Part shown: positions 47,700 to 58,873 of the stretch, piece after piece
How positions within the stretch are numbered: the stretch's first letter is position 1
Layout: each line of letters begins with the position of its first letter
Source of the DNA: Neoechinorhynchus agilis
Taxonomy: Eukaryota > Animalia > Acanthocephala
Assembly (NCBI GenBank): GCA_051530055.1
Contig: CM121341.1
Span: 18,578,784-18,642,783 of the forward strand
DNA length: 64,000 nt
Direction of reading: 5' to 3'
Translations under genes and position numbers: made by a program
Notes under the pieces: model-generated
Told to the model about the DNA's origin: nothing
The model's input: only the letters and a program-made list of their open reading frames with translations
Databases searched by the model: none

Positions 47700-50530
47700 C
47701 CTATATCGTTTTCTTTACGAATTCCCAGTTTTCTAAGCTTTTTGGCATGCCCGGCCTTGATTTTGTCTTCGTGTTTCTTACCACTTTTGTTGAAATGGTC
47801 CGTCATAAATTTTATGTCGTGTGATTCCAGTTTTCGAATGAGGAATTCCCATAATCTTAGTCGTTTTTCATTATAACCTGAATAACGTCCTCTCATTTCC
47901 TGGATGCCGAACCTGACCAGTCTCATTTCCATTTCTTTTCTGAGATTAGAATTATCGAAGCCGATCATCCCCGATTTTAATTTTGCGCAGTTAGGTATGA
48001 TGCTGTTTTCTCGGCATGTCTTCAGAAAGTCGATTCCCGATTTTATGCTGATAATCTTCTTTTCTATTGTCATGAGTTTACAAATATCCTTCGAGCATTT
48101 TCCGCTATACTGCTTCCTAATGTCATTCATTATTACTGTTGGGTGAAACGAGATTTGTCTTGTGCGGACACCCAGACGTTTTTTATTATGCAAATTTTCG
48201 GAGAGCAAAGTCTCCCTCTTCAGGCTTTTGGTCATCTGAAAAAATTATTGTCTTGAGAATCTCTTTTAAAAAATGCCTCTTGCCCGGTTGCATCCTGGAT
48301 CCTGGACCATGTTTTAACCTCTTTCGGCTGCAACATAAGCGTGACATTACTTTTGTTGCCCTCCATAAGGTGGTCTTCTTTTTTAATCATCAGGGCTTCC
48401 ATTGTCAACCTCCTCTCCAGGTTTTCTTCCTGCACTAGCATCCTGGCGCCCTCAAAATTGACCTCGTGGTCGTGTATGGAGATATGGTTGAAAATCGCTG
48501 ACGCGGTGTCTCCTTTTCGCACGTTATATTTGTGCTGTTGAATGCGTTTCTTCAGTCCCTGGATGGTCTGACCTATATAGACCGCATTGCAATCTTTACA
48601 CGGTATGCCGTATACCCCTGCGTCGTGCTTCCTTTCTGGCTTCCTCTTGAAGTACCCAGCAAGGGTTCCACCAGCTTTGGTATAAAACCTACAAGGAATC
48701 CCCTGGGTTGCCTTCCTAACGTTCGCCGTGCATACGTCGCTAATGAAGCGGCCTCCCAACCATATCGAGTTTTCTTTTACGCATTCCTTTTGATCTCCTT
48801 TTTTGATAGTTCCCCACATCTTCATCCTGGCTTGTTTAATAGATTGGTTAGGATATCCTTGTTCTCTTAACATTTTAGTAATTTTATCTTCTTCCACCTT
48901 GAAGCACGAAGCACTTGAACATATTTGTTTGGCTCTCGCATACAGTGCTTTTGCTGCCAATATTTTGTATGTCCTTGATTTGTGGCTTCTCCAATGTGGG
49001 CATCGCCAACTCAAATGTTCCTTTCTATAGAGACTTGTGTTTATTCTTCTTTTTCCTCGATTTACCATCACGTCTAGAAATGGAATTCTCCTGTTTTCCT
49101 CAAATTGAATGGTCCACTTTATGCTTGGGTCTACTTCGTTCAGCCTTTCCAAAAGGTTACATTTCCTAGGGTCTTCGTTAAGGACGATGAACACATCATC
49201 TACATAACGTATCCATTCCTTGATTTGGGGTATCCTATCTTTTATCTTCTCCTCCCATTTCCTCATGTAGATGTCCGCGAGCGCCGGTGCTATCGGTGAC
49301 CCCATAGCGACTCCATCTATTTGTTCAAAGACCCTTCCTTCAAAAGTAAACGCATTTTGTCGTGTGCACCATCGGATTAGGGTTAGCCAATCCTTGGCTG
49401 GGAGCGCTGGTGTCGTGCACTTTTCGGCAAGAAGGTTCGCTGCCATCCTGGATGCCTTCATAAGAGGGAGATTCGTGAACAGCGCCTCAACATCTGCTGT
49501 GGCATGCCAGGTTCCTTCTGAGCATCTTCCCCTTATTCTCTTAGAGAATTCTATTCCATCCTTGACCTTAGAGAACCAATCGTCTTCTGCAATGACTTTC
49601 ATTTGCATATTGATCATTCGCGCAAGGTTATGGTTGAATGATCCGTAATTTGCGATTATTGGGCGGAATTGTAGTTGGGGTTTATGTATCTTCGGAGACA
49701 GGTAGAGAAACGGTGTGTAGGACGATGTGGATTTGGTTTTGTAATAAAATTCCTCCGAAATCATCTTCCTACGCTTCAGATCCTTCAAAAACTCCTCAAG
49801 TTTCTTGCTCCTATTCTTTGTGGGATCTATCTCTAGCGTTTTAAATTTTCCTGACTGAAGAAGTATATCTCCTTGTTTTTGGTAATCTTCAGTGTTCACC
49901 ACTACGAGATTTCTACCTTTATCTGCTTTGCAGATCGTGATGGTCCTATCTTCCTTGAGCATTTTCAGAATTTTCTGCTGCTTCGATGTTATATTATGTT
50001 TTCCGCGACGGTTTTCAATTATGGCTCTAGTATCACAGGCAGCGACACGACTTTTGATTTCTCCTGATACTCTCTTCATCATAATTTCAAAATCGCATCT
50101 TATCTGAGAATCTTTCATTCGCTTAAAAGGTACGAATTCTGGTCCCAGATTGAGAACCTTCATTACATCTTCGCTTCGATTTTTCGATGATAAGTTAATA
50201 GCTTCGGGTCCTATATCGTTTTCTTTACGAATTCCCAGTTTTCTAAGCTTTTTGGCATGCCCGGCCTTGATTTTGTCTTCGTGTTTCTTACCACTTTTGT
50301 TGACATAGACCACCTTATGGAGGGCAACAAAAGTAATGTCACGCTTATGTTGCAGCCGGAAGAGGTTAAAACATGGTCCAGGATCCAGGATGCAACCGGG
50401 CAAGAGGCATTTTTTAAAAGAGATTCTCAAGACAATAATTTTTTCAGATGACCAAAAGCCTGAAGAGGGAGACTTTGCTCTCCGAAAATTTGCATAATAA
50501 AAAACGTCTGGGTGTCCGCACAAGACAAAT
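47700..50530 (-). mobile_element. Young Penelope-like element: inverted pLTR (50307-50530), 5'-truncated body, pLTR (48150-48370), start of a tandem copy
   Basis: pLTR copies look identical and are inverted; 47700-47793 duplicates 50209-50302; hammerhead cores at 48189-48226 (-) and 50454-50497 (+). Confidence 0.93.
48232..50523 (-). CDS. PLE reverse transcriptase-GIY-YIG endonuclease ORF (763 aa; first ~72 aa derive from the antisense pLTR)
   Basis: ICKADKG, PKIHK..RPII, ADVEALFT, GVAMGSP, RYVDD, FLDV; GVYGIPCKDCNAVYIGQT...RIQQH. Confidence 0.92.
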   Translation of the reverse strand: MCGHPDVFYYANFRRAKSPSSGFWSSEKIIVLRISFKKCLLPGCILDPGPCFNLFRLQHKRDITFVALHKVVYVNKSGKKHEDKIKAGHAKKLRKLGIRKENDIGPEAINLSSKNRSEDVMKVLNLGPEFVPFKRMKDSQIRCDFEIMMKRVSGEIKSRVAACDTRAIIENRRGKHNITSKQQKILKMLKEDRTITICKADKGRNLVVVNTEDYQKQGDILLQSGKFKTLEIDPTKNRSKKLEEFLKDLKRRKMISEEFYYKTKSTSSYTPFLYLSPKIHKPQLQFRPIIANYGSFNHNLARMINMQMKVIAEDDWFSKVKDGIEFSKRIRGRCSEGTWHATADVEALFTNLPLMKASRMAANLLAEKCTTPALPAKDWLTLIRWCTRQNAFTFEGRVFEQIDGVAMGSPIAPALADIYMRKWEEKIKDRIPQIKEWIRYVDDVFIVLNEDPRKCNLLERLNEVDPSIKWTIQFEENRRIPFLDVMVNRGKRRINTSLYRKEHLSWRCPHWRSHKSRTYKILAAKALYARAKQICSSASCFKVEEDKITKMLREQGYPNQSIKQARMKMWGTIKKGDQKECVKENSIWLGGRFISDVCTANVRKATQGIPCRFYTKAGGTLAGYFKRKPERKHDAGVYGIPCKDCNAVYIGQTIQGLKKRIQQHKYNVRKGDTASAIFNHISIHDHEVNFEGARMLVQEENLERRLTMEALMIKKEDHLMEGNKSNVTLMLQPKEVKTWSRIQDATGQEAFFKRDSQDNNFFR

Positions 50531-52053
50531 AAAACTTATAGTGAAAGCTGCAGATTTAAATAAAGTCAAAAATCTGTTCAATAAAGGGTACTTAGGTATT
50601 ATATCGACCACACCAATTTGCCGATGAGAGATCAACTTTATTTATCGGCTAAAAATATGAGCACCGCACAAACTTCTTGACGTTTAGAAGTTAGAACGTT
50701 CAGTAAAACGTTGTTGATGGAGTATGGAGGGTGTAATTTATAAGAAAATTAGGCGTGGTCGATAAAATATCTAAGTACCCAATAAAGTGTTGGATTGGTG
50801 TATCGAGAACTTGAATAGTTAACAAAGTGGGTCCAGCTGAAATATCTATGGTATAACCGATGGATCCAAACGTTTGACTTGAAGAAATTTTCTCCATATA
50901 AAATGCCATCCCATGGCATATCTGATAGTATGAAAATTAAAATCATAGATATTTTATTTTCCAGAGGTTTAAGCTGTGCCAATTTTTTATCTGATTAGTA
51001 AAGCGCCGTTAGACTCGATCATCGTTTTTCTGAAGCCTTTGCCAATCTCGCATCATTTTTCTTTAATATCTTCGATAAGCATGGAAATTCCATGGTTATA
51101 GCGGGATTAATGAACTATCCTAAACATCTAGTAATTGTAATTATGCACTTTCCGAAGGGGTCGCTGCAAAAAAAATTTCAAAATTGTCTCCAGAATCTAA
51201 TCTAGAAAGGACACCCGAACATCTTTGTGACCGAAGCTGCTTTAATAACTGTAACATTGATGGAAACCGAACCGAACATACAAAATAAGTATCTCATCGA
51301 CATTTGAAGAAAATCATATTCAATCAACATTTAAGTTTGTTTCAAAGTTTAACTAGTTCAAAGTATTTTTATTAAATTTCCGGAACTTCGCCGAATTGCA
51401 AGCTGACGCTCTCCTAAGAACCATAACTGTCTTTTGCAAAAGTAAACACTAATCCTTTATTTAGTGTTTCCTTCGTGGAATCTTAACAAGCAACAAGCAA
51501 CAAGTCATTAGATTTTTGCCTTCGCTGCATAACCTTTTTGGTAGTTTAACGATTTTGGATCCTATTGATTGGCCGAAACGATTCCCGTGCTATAATCATC
51601 GTGCCAAAAGAGATTTTCATTGGAAAAAGAGAAGAATATAAACCACGAAGCCTTTAATTGCGTATTCAAAGCCTCGAGTTCTCTACTTTCAAACAGTAAG
51701 TTTTTGCCGTAAGCCAAAACCCGATGAATACTGTAGCCACTTTCGTGGTTAAAAGCGTGATTCGTTAAGAAATGGAAAATATTCGAGTTTTTGTAACTGC
51801 GCTTCAAAATATGCCCTTATTTGCAGACGGTCAAAGCAACTAAATTAACCAATTGGTCAATCGAAATATTTGAAAATAAAGTTAGGGAGTGACAGCGAAA
51901 TGATGAATTTTACAGTAATCGAACTCCCCTGTGTTATAGTTAGAAGCTTTTGTAGCAACGGCAAAATTAATATTAATAAACAAATAAATATTAAAACCCA
52001 AAGAAAATCATGATGTGTTCATTTGCGGTTCCTGATCTTCTTTACGATCAATA

Positions 52054-52620
52054 TTGTCGCACACTCTCAGAGTGCAGGAATTCAACAGTTCATTGAAACG
52101 TAAACCTTCTTTTACGAGTAGATCCAATGAAGAGCAAATTTTTCAGCGAGTATGGGGATGCCAAGGATCCCCGCTTTTACCGACTCTATTTACTATTGTC
52201 ATGGCATTCTTAATGATAAGGTTTCTGAAACGCAAATTTGTTCATCATTTGATCGTTGCAGATGACGTTCCTATTCATTCGTCATAAGAAGGCGGAGATA
52301 GTTGACAATATGACTAGAAGCTCCTTCAGCACAATGAACAGTATTTTATCGAAGTCCAACCTGCTTTTAAACATGGGTAAATCAGTGATGATTCCCCTAA
52401 ACCACCATTGTGTTTCTCGAAATAGATCTTTTATCAATCGCTGAATTATAAAAAGGTAGTTGGGTTTTGGTCATAGATTTCCCATGCTACATATCTCTAC
52501 GCGTACATAATAAGTCTCTTCGAGGTATCCTTTTTAAACTAAAAGATCTTACCTCCAGACTCTCAAGATTAGGGTTAGCATCCAACCTTTAGGGTAAATA
52601 CAATAAAAACATTCGCCAGG
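52054..52620 (+). mobile_element. Degenerate non-LTR RT
   Basis: GCQGSPLLPTLF, VADDV, LLLNMGKS. Confidence 0.6.
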
Positions 52621-52674
52621 GTAACCTTCGTTTTTTATAGAAGGCCTCTTGATGAATGAAAAGAGTTTGGCAGC

Positions 52675-53075
52675 GTGATCGACCTCTCGTCGCAAGCGTT
52701 CAAAGCTCTTTTATCAGAGTTGGCAGTCTCCACTAGAAAATCAGGTGCTTGGTTAAACGCGGTCCCGCTGGCATCTGTGGGTACTCTCCTCTCCGACGAG
52801 GCAGTACGGGTCGAAGTTTCAATGAGACTAGGAATAGCGATGTGTCATCCCCACCGTTGCGGCTGTGGTGCAAATGTGGATTCGTCGGGACGTCGTGGTC
52901 TCATCTGTAGAAAATCAGCCGGCAGGGTGCTGACCCGGGCAATTGTTACGGTGCATGCCCCCAATATTTTTTAACCTGTAAACTTGGGGGTGACCGCATT
53001 TCCTTGGCGGGAGGGTAAATGCCTCCTCTGGGACATCACTTGTGTCGATACACTCACTTGTGTAGCTACACTCGC
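52675..53075 (+). mobile_element. CRE-like RLE fragment
   Basis: SGAWLNAVPLASVG..L.DE.VR...RLG...PHRCGCG...D..G..GLIC.KS.GR; PWREGKCLLWD. Confidence 0.85.
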
Positions 53076-53516
53076 GGGACCCAAAATTAACCTAAAGAAA
53101 GACCTTGCCAAGTTCTCCTGCAAACAATAACCGCCAACTTTCCCACAAGAATGCACTTCCAACCACCGACCGGATTTGCCCACTCTACCGAACCCGTAAT
53201 CGGCTCCAAAATCAATAACTGCATTGTTGTTTATGAGTACCCAAAGATCAAATAAACTTGGATCAGAGTCAGCGTTCCTCTGATAAAAAATACTCAGATA
53301 TTCAAATTCCCAGCAAATTTAAAAATTCATATTCCATGTCGGTCAGTGAAACTTTTATAACGTATTAGAGATGTACCCGGAAGATATCAGTTTTTACGTC
53401 ACAACCAAGCTGAGATTGTTCCAGATACCTGAATCAGCGGAATACTTTGTAAGGTTAGTACTTATTGGTCTAAGAACTTGTTCTTTTATTGGTAGTGTAC
53501 AAGGTGAGTTCAAAAG

Positions 53517-54113
53517 ATGATCTCGTCCCGTTTTTGGCCTAGCCGCTGCACTCAGTTTGGATTCTACGATCCACTCATGGCTGGCACTATTGACAGCACA
53601 GGACTTATTCCTCATGATCAAGCCATAACTCGTGCTTACAATCATAAACCACATCCTCCAGTTGACGAAAGGGCCTTCGGTCCAGTATTATTTATTGGAA
53701 GATTGGATTTAAACGACACTGAAAAATGTTTGATGGAAGTATTTTCCCGGCACATGCGGGTGGAATCCATTGATTTAATAAGAGACTTCGTAACCGGACA
53801 TAGCAGGAGATATGCTTTTGTGAAGCTCAGAAGTTTCAAGGATGTCGACAGGTTTTGCAGGAATCCAACATTTCGGCGGCAGGTATTAGGGGACCGTGTT
53901 TGGGTTGCCGAGAAAGCGTTTAGTCGAGGCAGGCTACCGGGATGGCGACCAAGAAGGTTTGGTGGTGGTTTGGGTGGTCGAAAGGAATCGGGACAGCTGA
54001 GATTTGGTGGCAATGCACGACCGTTCAAACAGCCAATTCGCGTGAGAAATGAGGTATTCGAAAGGGTGAACAGTCTGAAACAAGAGTACGGTATAGACAA
54101 TGATTTTATTTGA
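53517..54113 (+). CDS. SNRNP35: U11/U12 snRNP 35-kDa protein, second copy
   Basis: Identical to 40449-41045 except one M/V. Confidence 0.95.
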   Translation: MISSRFWPSRCTQFGFYDPLMAGTIDSTGLIPHDQAITRAYNHKPHPPVDERAFGPVLFIGRLDLNDTEKCLMEVFSRHMRVESIDLIRDFVTGHSRRYAFVKLRSFKDVDRFCRNPTFRRQVLGDRVWVAEKAFSRGRLPGWRPRRFGGGLGGRKESGQLRFGGNARPFKQPIRVRNEVFERVNSLKQEYGIDNDFI

Positions 54114-55893
54114 ACGGTTTAGCGTTATTTTCTAAAGATTATTTATCAGGTCGGTTGTTTTTGACGGAAGTTAGTCTTCTGAAATATTTTTCGGTCTTTA
54201 ATTCTTGTTGACTATATTAGATTGTTTTCATGATTGAATATCTGGCTGCCAGCACTACCGGCGACACCGATGCCGTTTCCACGTTTCGCTCGGAACCTTG
54301 ATGCTAGACCATAATATGAAGAGGGAAGCTTGTCCGCCTAAAATAAGTCAAGGGAGGAGAACATCATCATTGCTCAACTTCTAACTTCATCAGCCAAGGG
54401 TACCACACGGCCGAGCTTCTCAACAGCATCCTCGAGGTTTGTGATGGGATTTTCTCCCTGACGAAAACAGGAGTTCTTAGGAGCCATGGATCCCGTAATT
54501 CACGAAGCGGATGGTTCCAGTTCACCTCCTAAGTCCATTGATGGTGTGCACCAGTACAAAATGAAATTCCATTTGTAGTGAATATTGTGCGAGTTCTACC
54601 CAGGAACGTTCTGAAAAGAATCCCAAGGGGCGCGCAATATCAGGCCGCAAAGAGATTCACCTCTCTATTGACGGACAGCATCGAGATTAGCTCAGAGTTG
54701 TCGTGGATGCGTCTCTTTGCGTTCCCTAAACTATTGTTTTCCGCTGTTGATGTTTCTGAGGGATCTCTGACCACAAAAATAAAAGGGCGAATAAGTTCTT
54801 TTGACGAGAATTTTACTCAATGCCTTTCGACCGCATGAGACAGCGAAAATTGGCATTGAATTGGATGCTGTGAAATTCGAGATTTTAGTGATGAACGTAG
54901 AAGATGATTCGTCCAGGCAAACTATCGTTAAAGATTTTTAGAAACTGGTCATTGGGATAGAATTGATCACTCCAGACCGGTTGAGTCTTCTAGGAAGCTG
55001 CATTTTTTGTTCTAATGTTGAAGCAAGATTGATAATCTTCAACCGCAACTTTCGGTGCTGTGCGAACGAGTTGATGAATTATCTTCACACGGGGCTCTGT
55101 TCCGGATCAAGAACACCCTCTTCTGACAGTTCTTTGTTAGGCCTCCAGCATTACTTTGATTTGCTCTTGTCGATCATAAAATGGAAAAGGGATACATTTT
55201 AATTCAAAGTAATCGTTACTTCTATTTAGACAGATTAATGAGAAAAAGAGAAATTTGGCTTGGTTAAATTCATGTCATTGTTTTTTGTAGTCAATAAGAA
55301 ATATGTCCTTTTAATGTCAACTATTTCGATTAATCTTTATTCGGAGCAAATATGAACTCATCTTCCATCTCACTTCCAAACAATAAAATTCTACGCTACT
55401 TATTAATAGCAAAATTTGGCATTTGTTAGAAATTTCTTGTTTTCGTTTTTCCTATTAAATTGTTTAGAATTCATAACTTAATCTTACACCGACTGAAAAT
55501 GGTTACGAAAAACGGGTAATGATTATCTAGTAAGGATATAAGAAAAGCCCGTATTTTTGAAGCTTTAAATATTAGCTTTGCCGTTCTATTTTTAGTATTG
55601 CTCGCAGAAATATATCGATTTTTACCTGTTGTTACTTTATCAAAGAATTTTCCATAAAAATTCCTCCACATAGTTCAAATATCAAATTATCCTTTGGACT
55701 TTAGAACACCTCGAATATTTGAGTCAACATTTCAAACCAATATATGATAGCAACCTGGTAGGCTTCGTGCTCGGGCACAGCTCCTTATGTAATATCCAGT
55801 GGCGACCTGTAAAACTCTAGATTAAAATGATTTTTACTAAAGATAATTAAAATTGGCATTTAGGTGTTAAAGTAGGGTATTGCCTTCAGCGTA

Positions 55894-56532
55894 TCATATA
55901 TGTTGCCTTTGGGTATCTGTAACATGCGATTTAAGGTAAGCGAGATACCGAAGTTCTTCTAGGCGAAGAAGATCGCTGAGTACTTGAATTCGATTCTCGT
56001 ATCCGCACTGACTTGTCAAATCTTCTACGTTCGGTTCGTAGTACTCTTCGGGTGAAGTAAACGCATCTATACTGGCTTGTCCTTCAGAGGAAACTTCCGT
56101 TGCAACTGTCCAGTTGTGATTGTCTCTTATGTTCTTAAGAGCTTCAATAAGTATTTCAATAATTTCTTTTTTAGGTGTGTCATGTTCTGTGTGAGTCGCT
56201 TTAGCTTGCTCGTCCACATTCTTGCTATCTGAAGATAATTCCGTTAGAAACGGCTCTACATCGCCCTCAACATGAGGAGCTTCAAAAATGGCGAATTGAA
56301 TAGACGGATCCCCAAATAATCTATGGAGGCGTGGCCTCGGGCGATTACCGATAATTTTCACTGGAGATTTGGCGCCCTGATAGAAAACCGCATTGTATTG
56401 TTGTTCCTCCACAGGTCGAAATTCTCGAAATCCATTTTGCAGCCATTGGATTCTGTTATTAGTCCACTGGAAGCTTGTTGACACGCTCAAGAGCAAAAGG
56501 AGAACGACAGCTATCCTTGAAAACAATATCAT
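55894..56532 (-). CDS. Second copy of the 212-aa secreted protein
   Basis: Differs by one residue (H/R) from 35401-36039. Confidence 0.6.
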   Translation of the reverse strand: MILFSRIAVVLLLLLSVSTSFQWTNNRIQWLQNGFREFRPVEEQQYNAVFYQGAKSPVKIIGNRPRPRLHRLFGDPSIQFAIFEAPHVEGDVEPFLTELSSDSKNVDEQAKATHTEHDTPKKEIIEILIEALKNIRDNHNWTVATEVSSEGQASIDAFTSPEEYYEPNVEDLTSQCGYENRIQVLSDLLRLEELRYLAYLKSHVTDTQRQHI

Positions 56533-56883
56533 CGAAAAGTCGTTTTTTACTTGTAGATGGCAATGCTTATATCGAAATTGAAGCGATTCATTTGAACCTG
56601 TTATTTGTGGAAGGCAAACATTCTTGTTTACTATGTTGGTTGTTGATGCCTTAGCAGTAAATCATTTGGAACAACCACGTGAGTTCATATAAAAACTTTT
56701 CGTCGATTAGCATTAAGCTTGCCGGTACTTGAAATTTAAATTTAATTTCATGATGAGAACCGAGTTTTAGTTTTCCTGATATACTACCAGCTGACCGTTT
56801 TCCTGCCGCGAACAGTAAAAATAAACGTTTGAGGGATTACTCGAGATTTCCGCCGAATCCTTTTTGCTATCATTGCCCACTTT

Positions 56884-57545
56884 TTGTTTAGGCTGATGCT
56901 AAATTCGTGGTTAGGAAGCTTGGTATATATTCCGAAGAGGATAATAATTAAATACTGCATCGGTGTGCTGAGGAAATCATGGCTCATATGGAATAAGGCG
57001 TTGAAGAACTACGGCCCAGAATGGATCAAGGACAAGATTGCTAAATATATATTTGTTAAAGAAAAACATCCGGGAATGGGATGTGGCACGCCAACGTTTG
57101 AGGATCATTTATTTTTGAAAGCCGTAGAGCAAAAAGAAAAGGAGGAACGATTACAGAAACTTAGACAAAGAGATGAAATTCGTGGTGGTCCACTAGGGGA
57201 TACCCCAATGATCCGTATGATGAACCAGAAGTCGAACATGACCACGTACTCGCCGAAGAGCGATTTCACTATGAGAATTTTACAAGTGATGTTAAGAGAT
57301 ACATTTACGAGGAGAATTTTCCGATTACGAGAATGATTGAGCATATGGTGGATTTTTGTGATTTGGGTGAAATATTGGCTTTTGAGGAAAACAATCTTGG
57401 ATTATGGAAAAACTCTATATTTTATGGCGAATGCGATGCAAACTTGATTACGATGGCGAATAGATCAAATATGGAACTACGTGGAAGGAAACCTATATGG
57501 TCTATCGAACGTCTGTTCAAAGGATTGTTGGAAAAACTGCTGTAG
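56884..57545 (+). pseudogene. Second copy of the frameshifted unknown sequence
   Basis: Mirror of 34391-35049 with extra substitutions, a 3-nt indel and an extra stop. Confidence 0.3.
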
Positions 57546-58237
57546 AACTACACAAATTTGGCTCCCAAGCGAAAACTAACCATGTTTAGCATGGCCGATT
57601 CGATTGATCAAAAATGAGGCAGTGCTTGAATGTGCAAACGCAAAATACGTTCTGATATTGACGGCGTACTACCGGTTAAGAAATTTCGGAGTTCTGGTTT
57701 TCCCTTTTACAATTTTTTTTAAATAATTATAAAAATCGGTCATCATAATATTCAGCGGTTTAAAATAGTATTTCTTAGCAATTACTTAATTTAATCTGCT
57801 GTCAAATTTTTATAGAACTTTAAAGGTGCTTATTTCAGTTTGCTCAAAGTATCCGATGTAGCGTAAACTATTATAGTCATTGTGCATATGAGTGCTTTTC
57901 GCCAATTTAGATATTTGTATTTTGAGTGTCCTTGTTATATGTTTCTACTTATACTCACAGTGACCCACATTTGAGATCCATTATGATTAGTAGTGATTGC
58001 GGTATCTCTCTACTCAGATAATCAATGGCAATCAAATAAAGATGAAAAATCATCGCTAGAAAGAAAAGGTTCAGGTTTCATTTTCAGGTTGAAACATTTT
58101 AAGTGAATATATAAATTATTTGTGTGTTGCAAAAGCATGCATTTCACTTCTAAAAATAGCATCGAAATTTATGTCTCAAATTTCCCGATTTATCTATAAA
58201 AAAAGTCAGTTTTGCTGGAATGCACTTTTAATTTTAG

Positions 58238-58873
58238 ATGACTGAATATTACAATCAAACAATTCAATTACATCGGGACATCAGATCGATTTTGATTACA
58301 AGTCCAGTGGGGATGACATCCAAAGAAGTTGCTCAGATGTATTGGAATTTTATTGGACACAAACTTGATTACAAGTGTCAAGGTTACGCAACTTTGTCTG
58401 GATTATTGAAGAGTTTAGATTTTGTAAGATGCGATGAAGTTCAAGAAGAAGACGGACGGTATGTGGTTCGTTACAGCCTTTCTTCTTTCGATTGTGAAGC
58501 GAATCGGAAGCTTTATGAGCTTGTCAAGAAACAGAAGGTTGAATCCGGGAAGAAGAAAAGCGGGCGATATACCTACGCCGTTGACCGCATGTGTCCCAAA
58601 AACCCAACTGGACTCCGACATGTTCCAAAGTATTTAGCGGAATCCATGTTTGCGATTTTGAAAAATACGAATACAGACGGACTTACAATAGAAGAATTTT
58701 TGGACAATTTCGAAAGATATTATGGGCATCGTATAGTTCCGAAAACAATTGCGTTCAAGGACTACGACGAATTATTCTATTCTTTTGTGCACGAATTAAA
58801 AGATAGAATCGACGTGAGTATATTCACACGACGTGGATTGTTAACGGCCAAGAAAGTTGGAAACCCAGATTGA
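58238..58873 (+). CDS. Tandem LOTUS (OST-HTH) domain protein, TDRD5/TDRD7-like N-terminus; probably continues after a GTGAGT donor at ~58814
   Basis: DIRSILITSPVGMT....Y..FIGH.L.Y..QGY.TL..LL and AIL.....GLT..EF...F..YYG..I.P...F. Confidence 0.8.
   Translation: MTEYYNQTIQLHRDIRSILITSPVGMTSKEVAQMYWNFIGHKLDYKCQGYATLSGLLKSLDFVRCDEVQEEDGRYVVRYSLSSFDCEANRKLYELVKKQKVESGKKKSGRYTYAVDRMCPKNPTGLRHVPKYLAESMFAILKNTNTDGLTIEEFLDNFERYYGHRIVPKTIAFKDYDELFYSFVHELKDRIDVSIFTRRGLLTAKKVGNPD

Larger units (their letters stand above)
53180..57831 (-). repeat. Right arm of large inverted segmental duplication
   Basis: Mirror of the left arm; the duplicated ORFs differ by single residues. Confidence 0.95.

Noticed and set aside
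53371-53550. GT-AG-like mini-introns upstream of or overlapping the SNRNP35 start
   Set aside because: Splicing them does not give an ATG in the SNRNP35 frame, and the unspliced ATG at 53517 already gives a homologous N-terminus.
56229-56262. CTGAAGA...GAAA...TC hammerhead-like string (mirror at ~35670-35705)
   Set aside because: 3-bp A-U stem II, non-palindromic stem III and no stem I; it lies antisense within a coding ORF.
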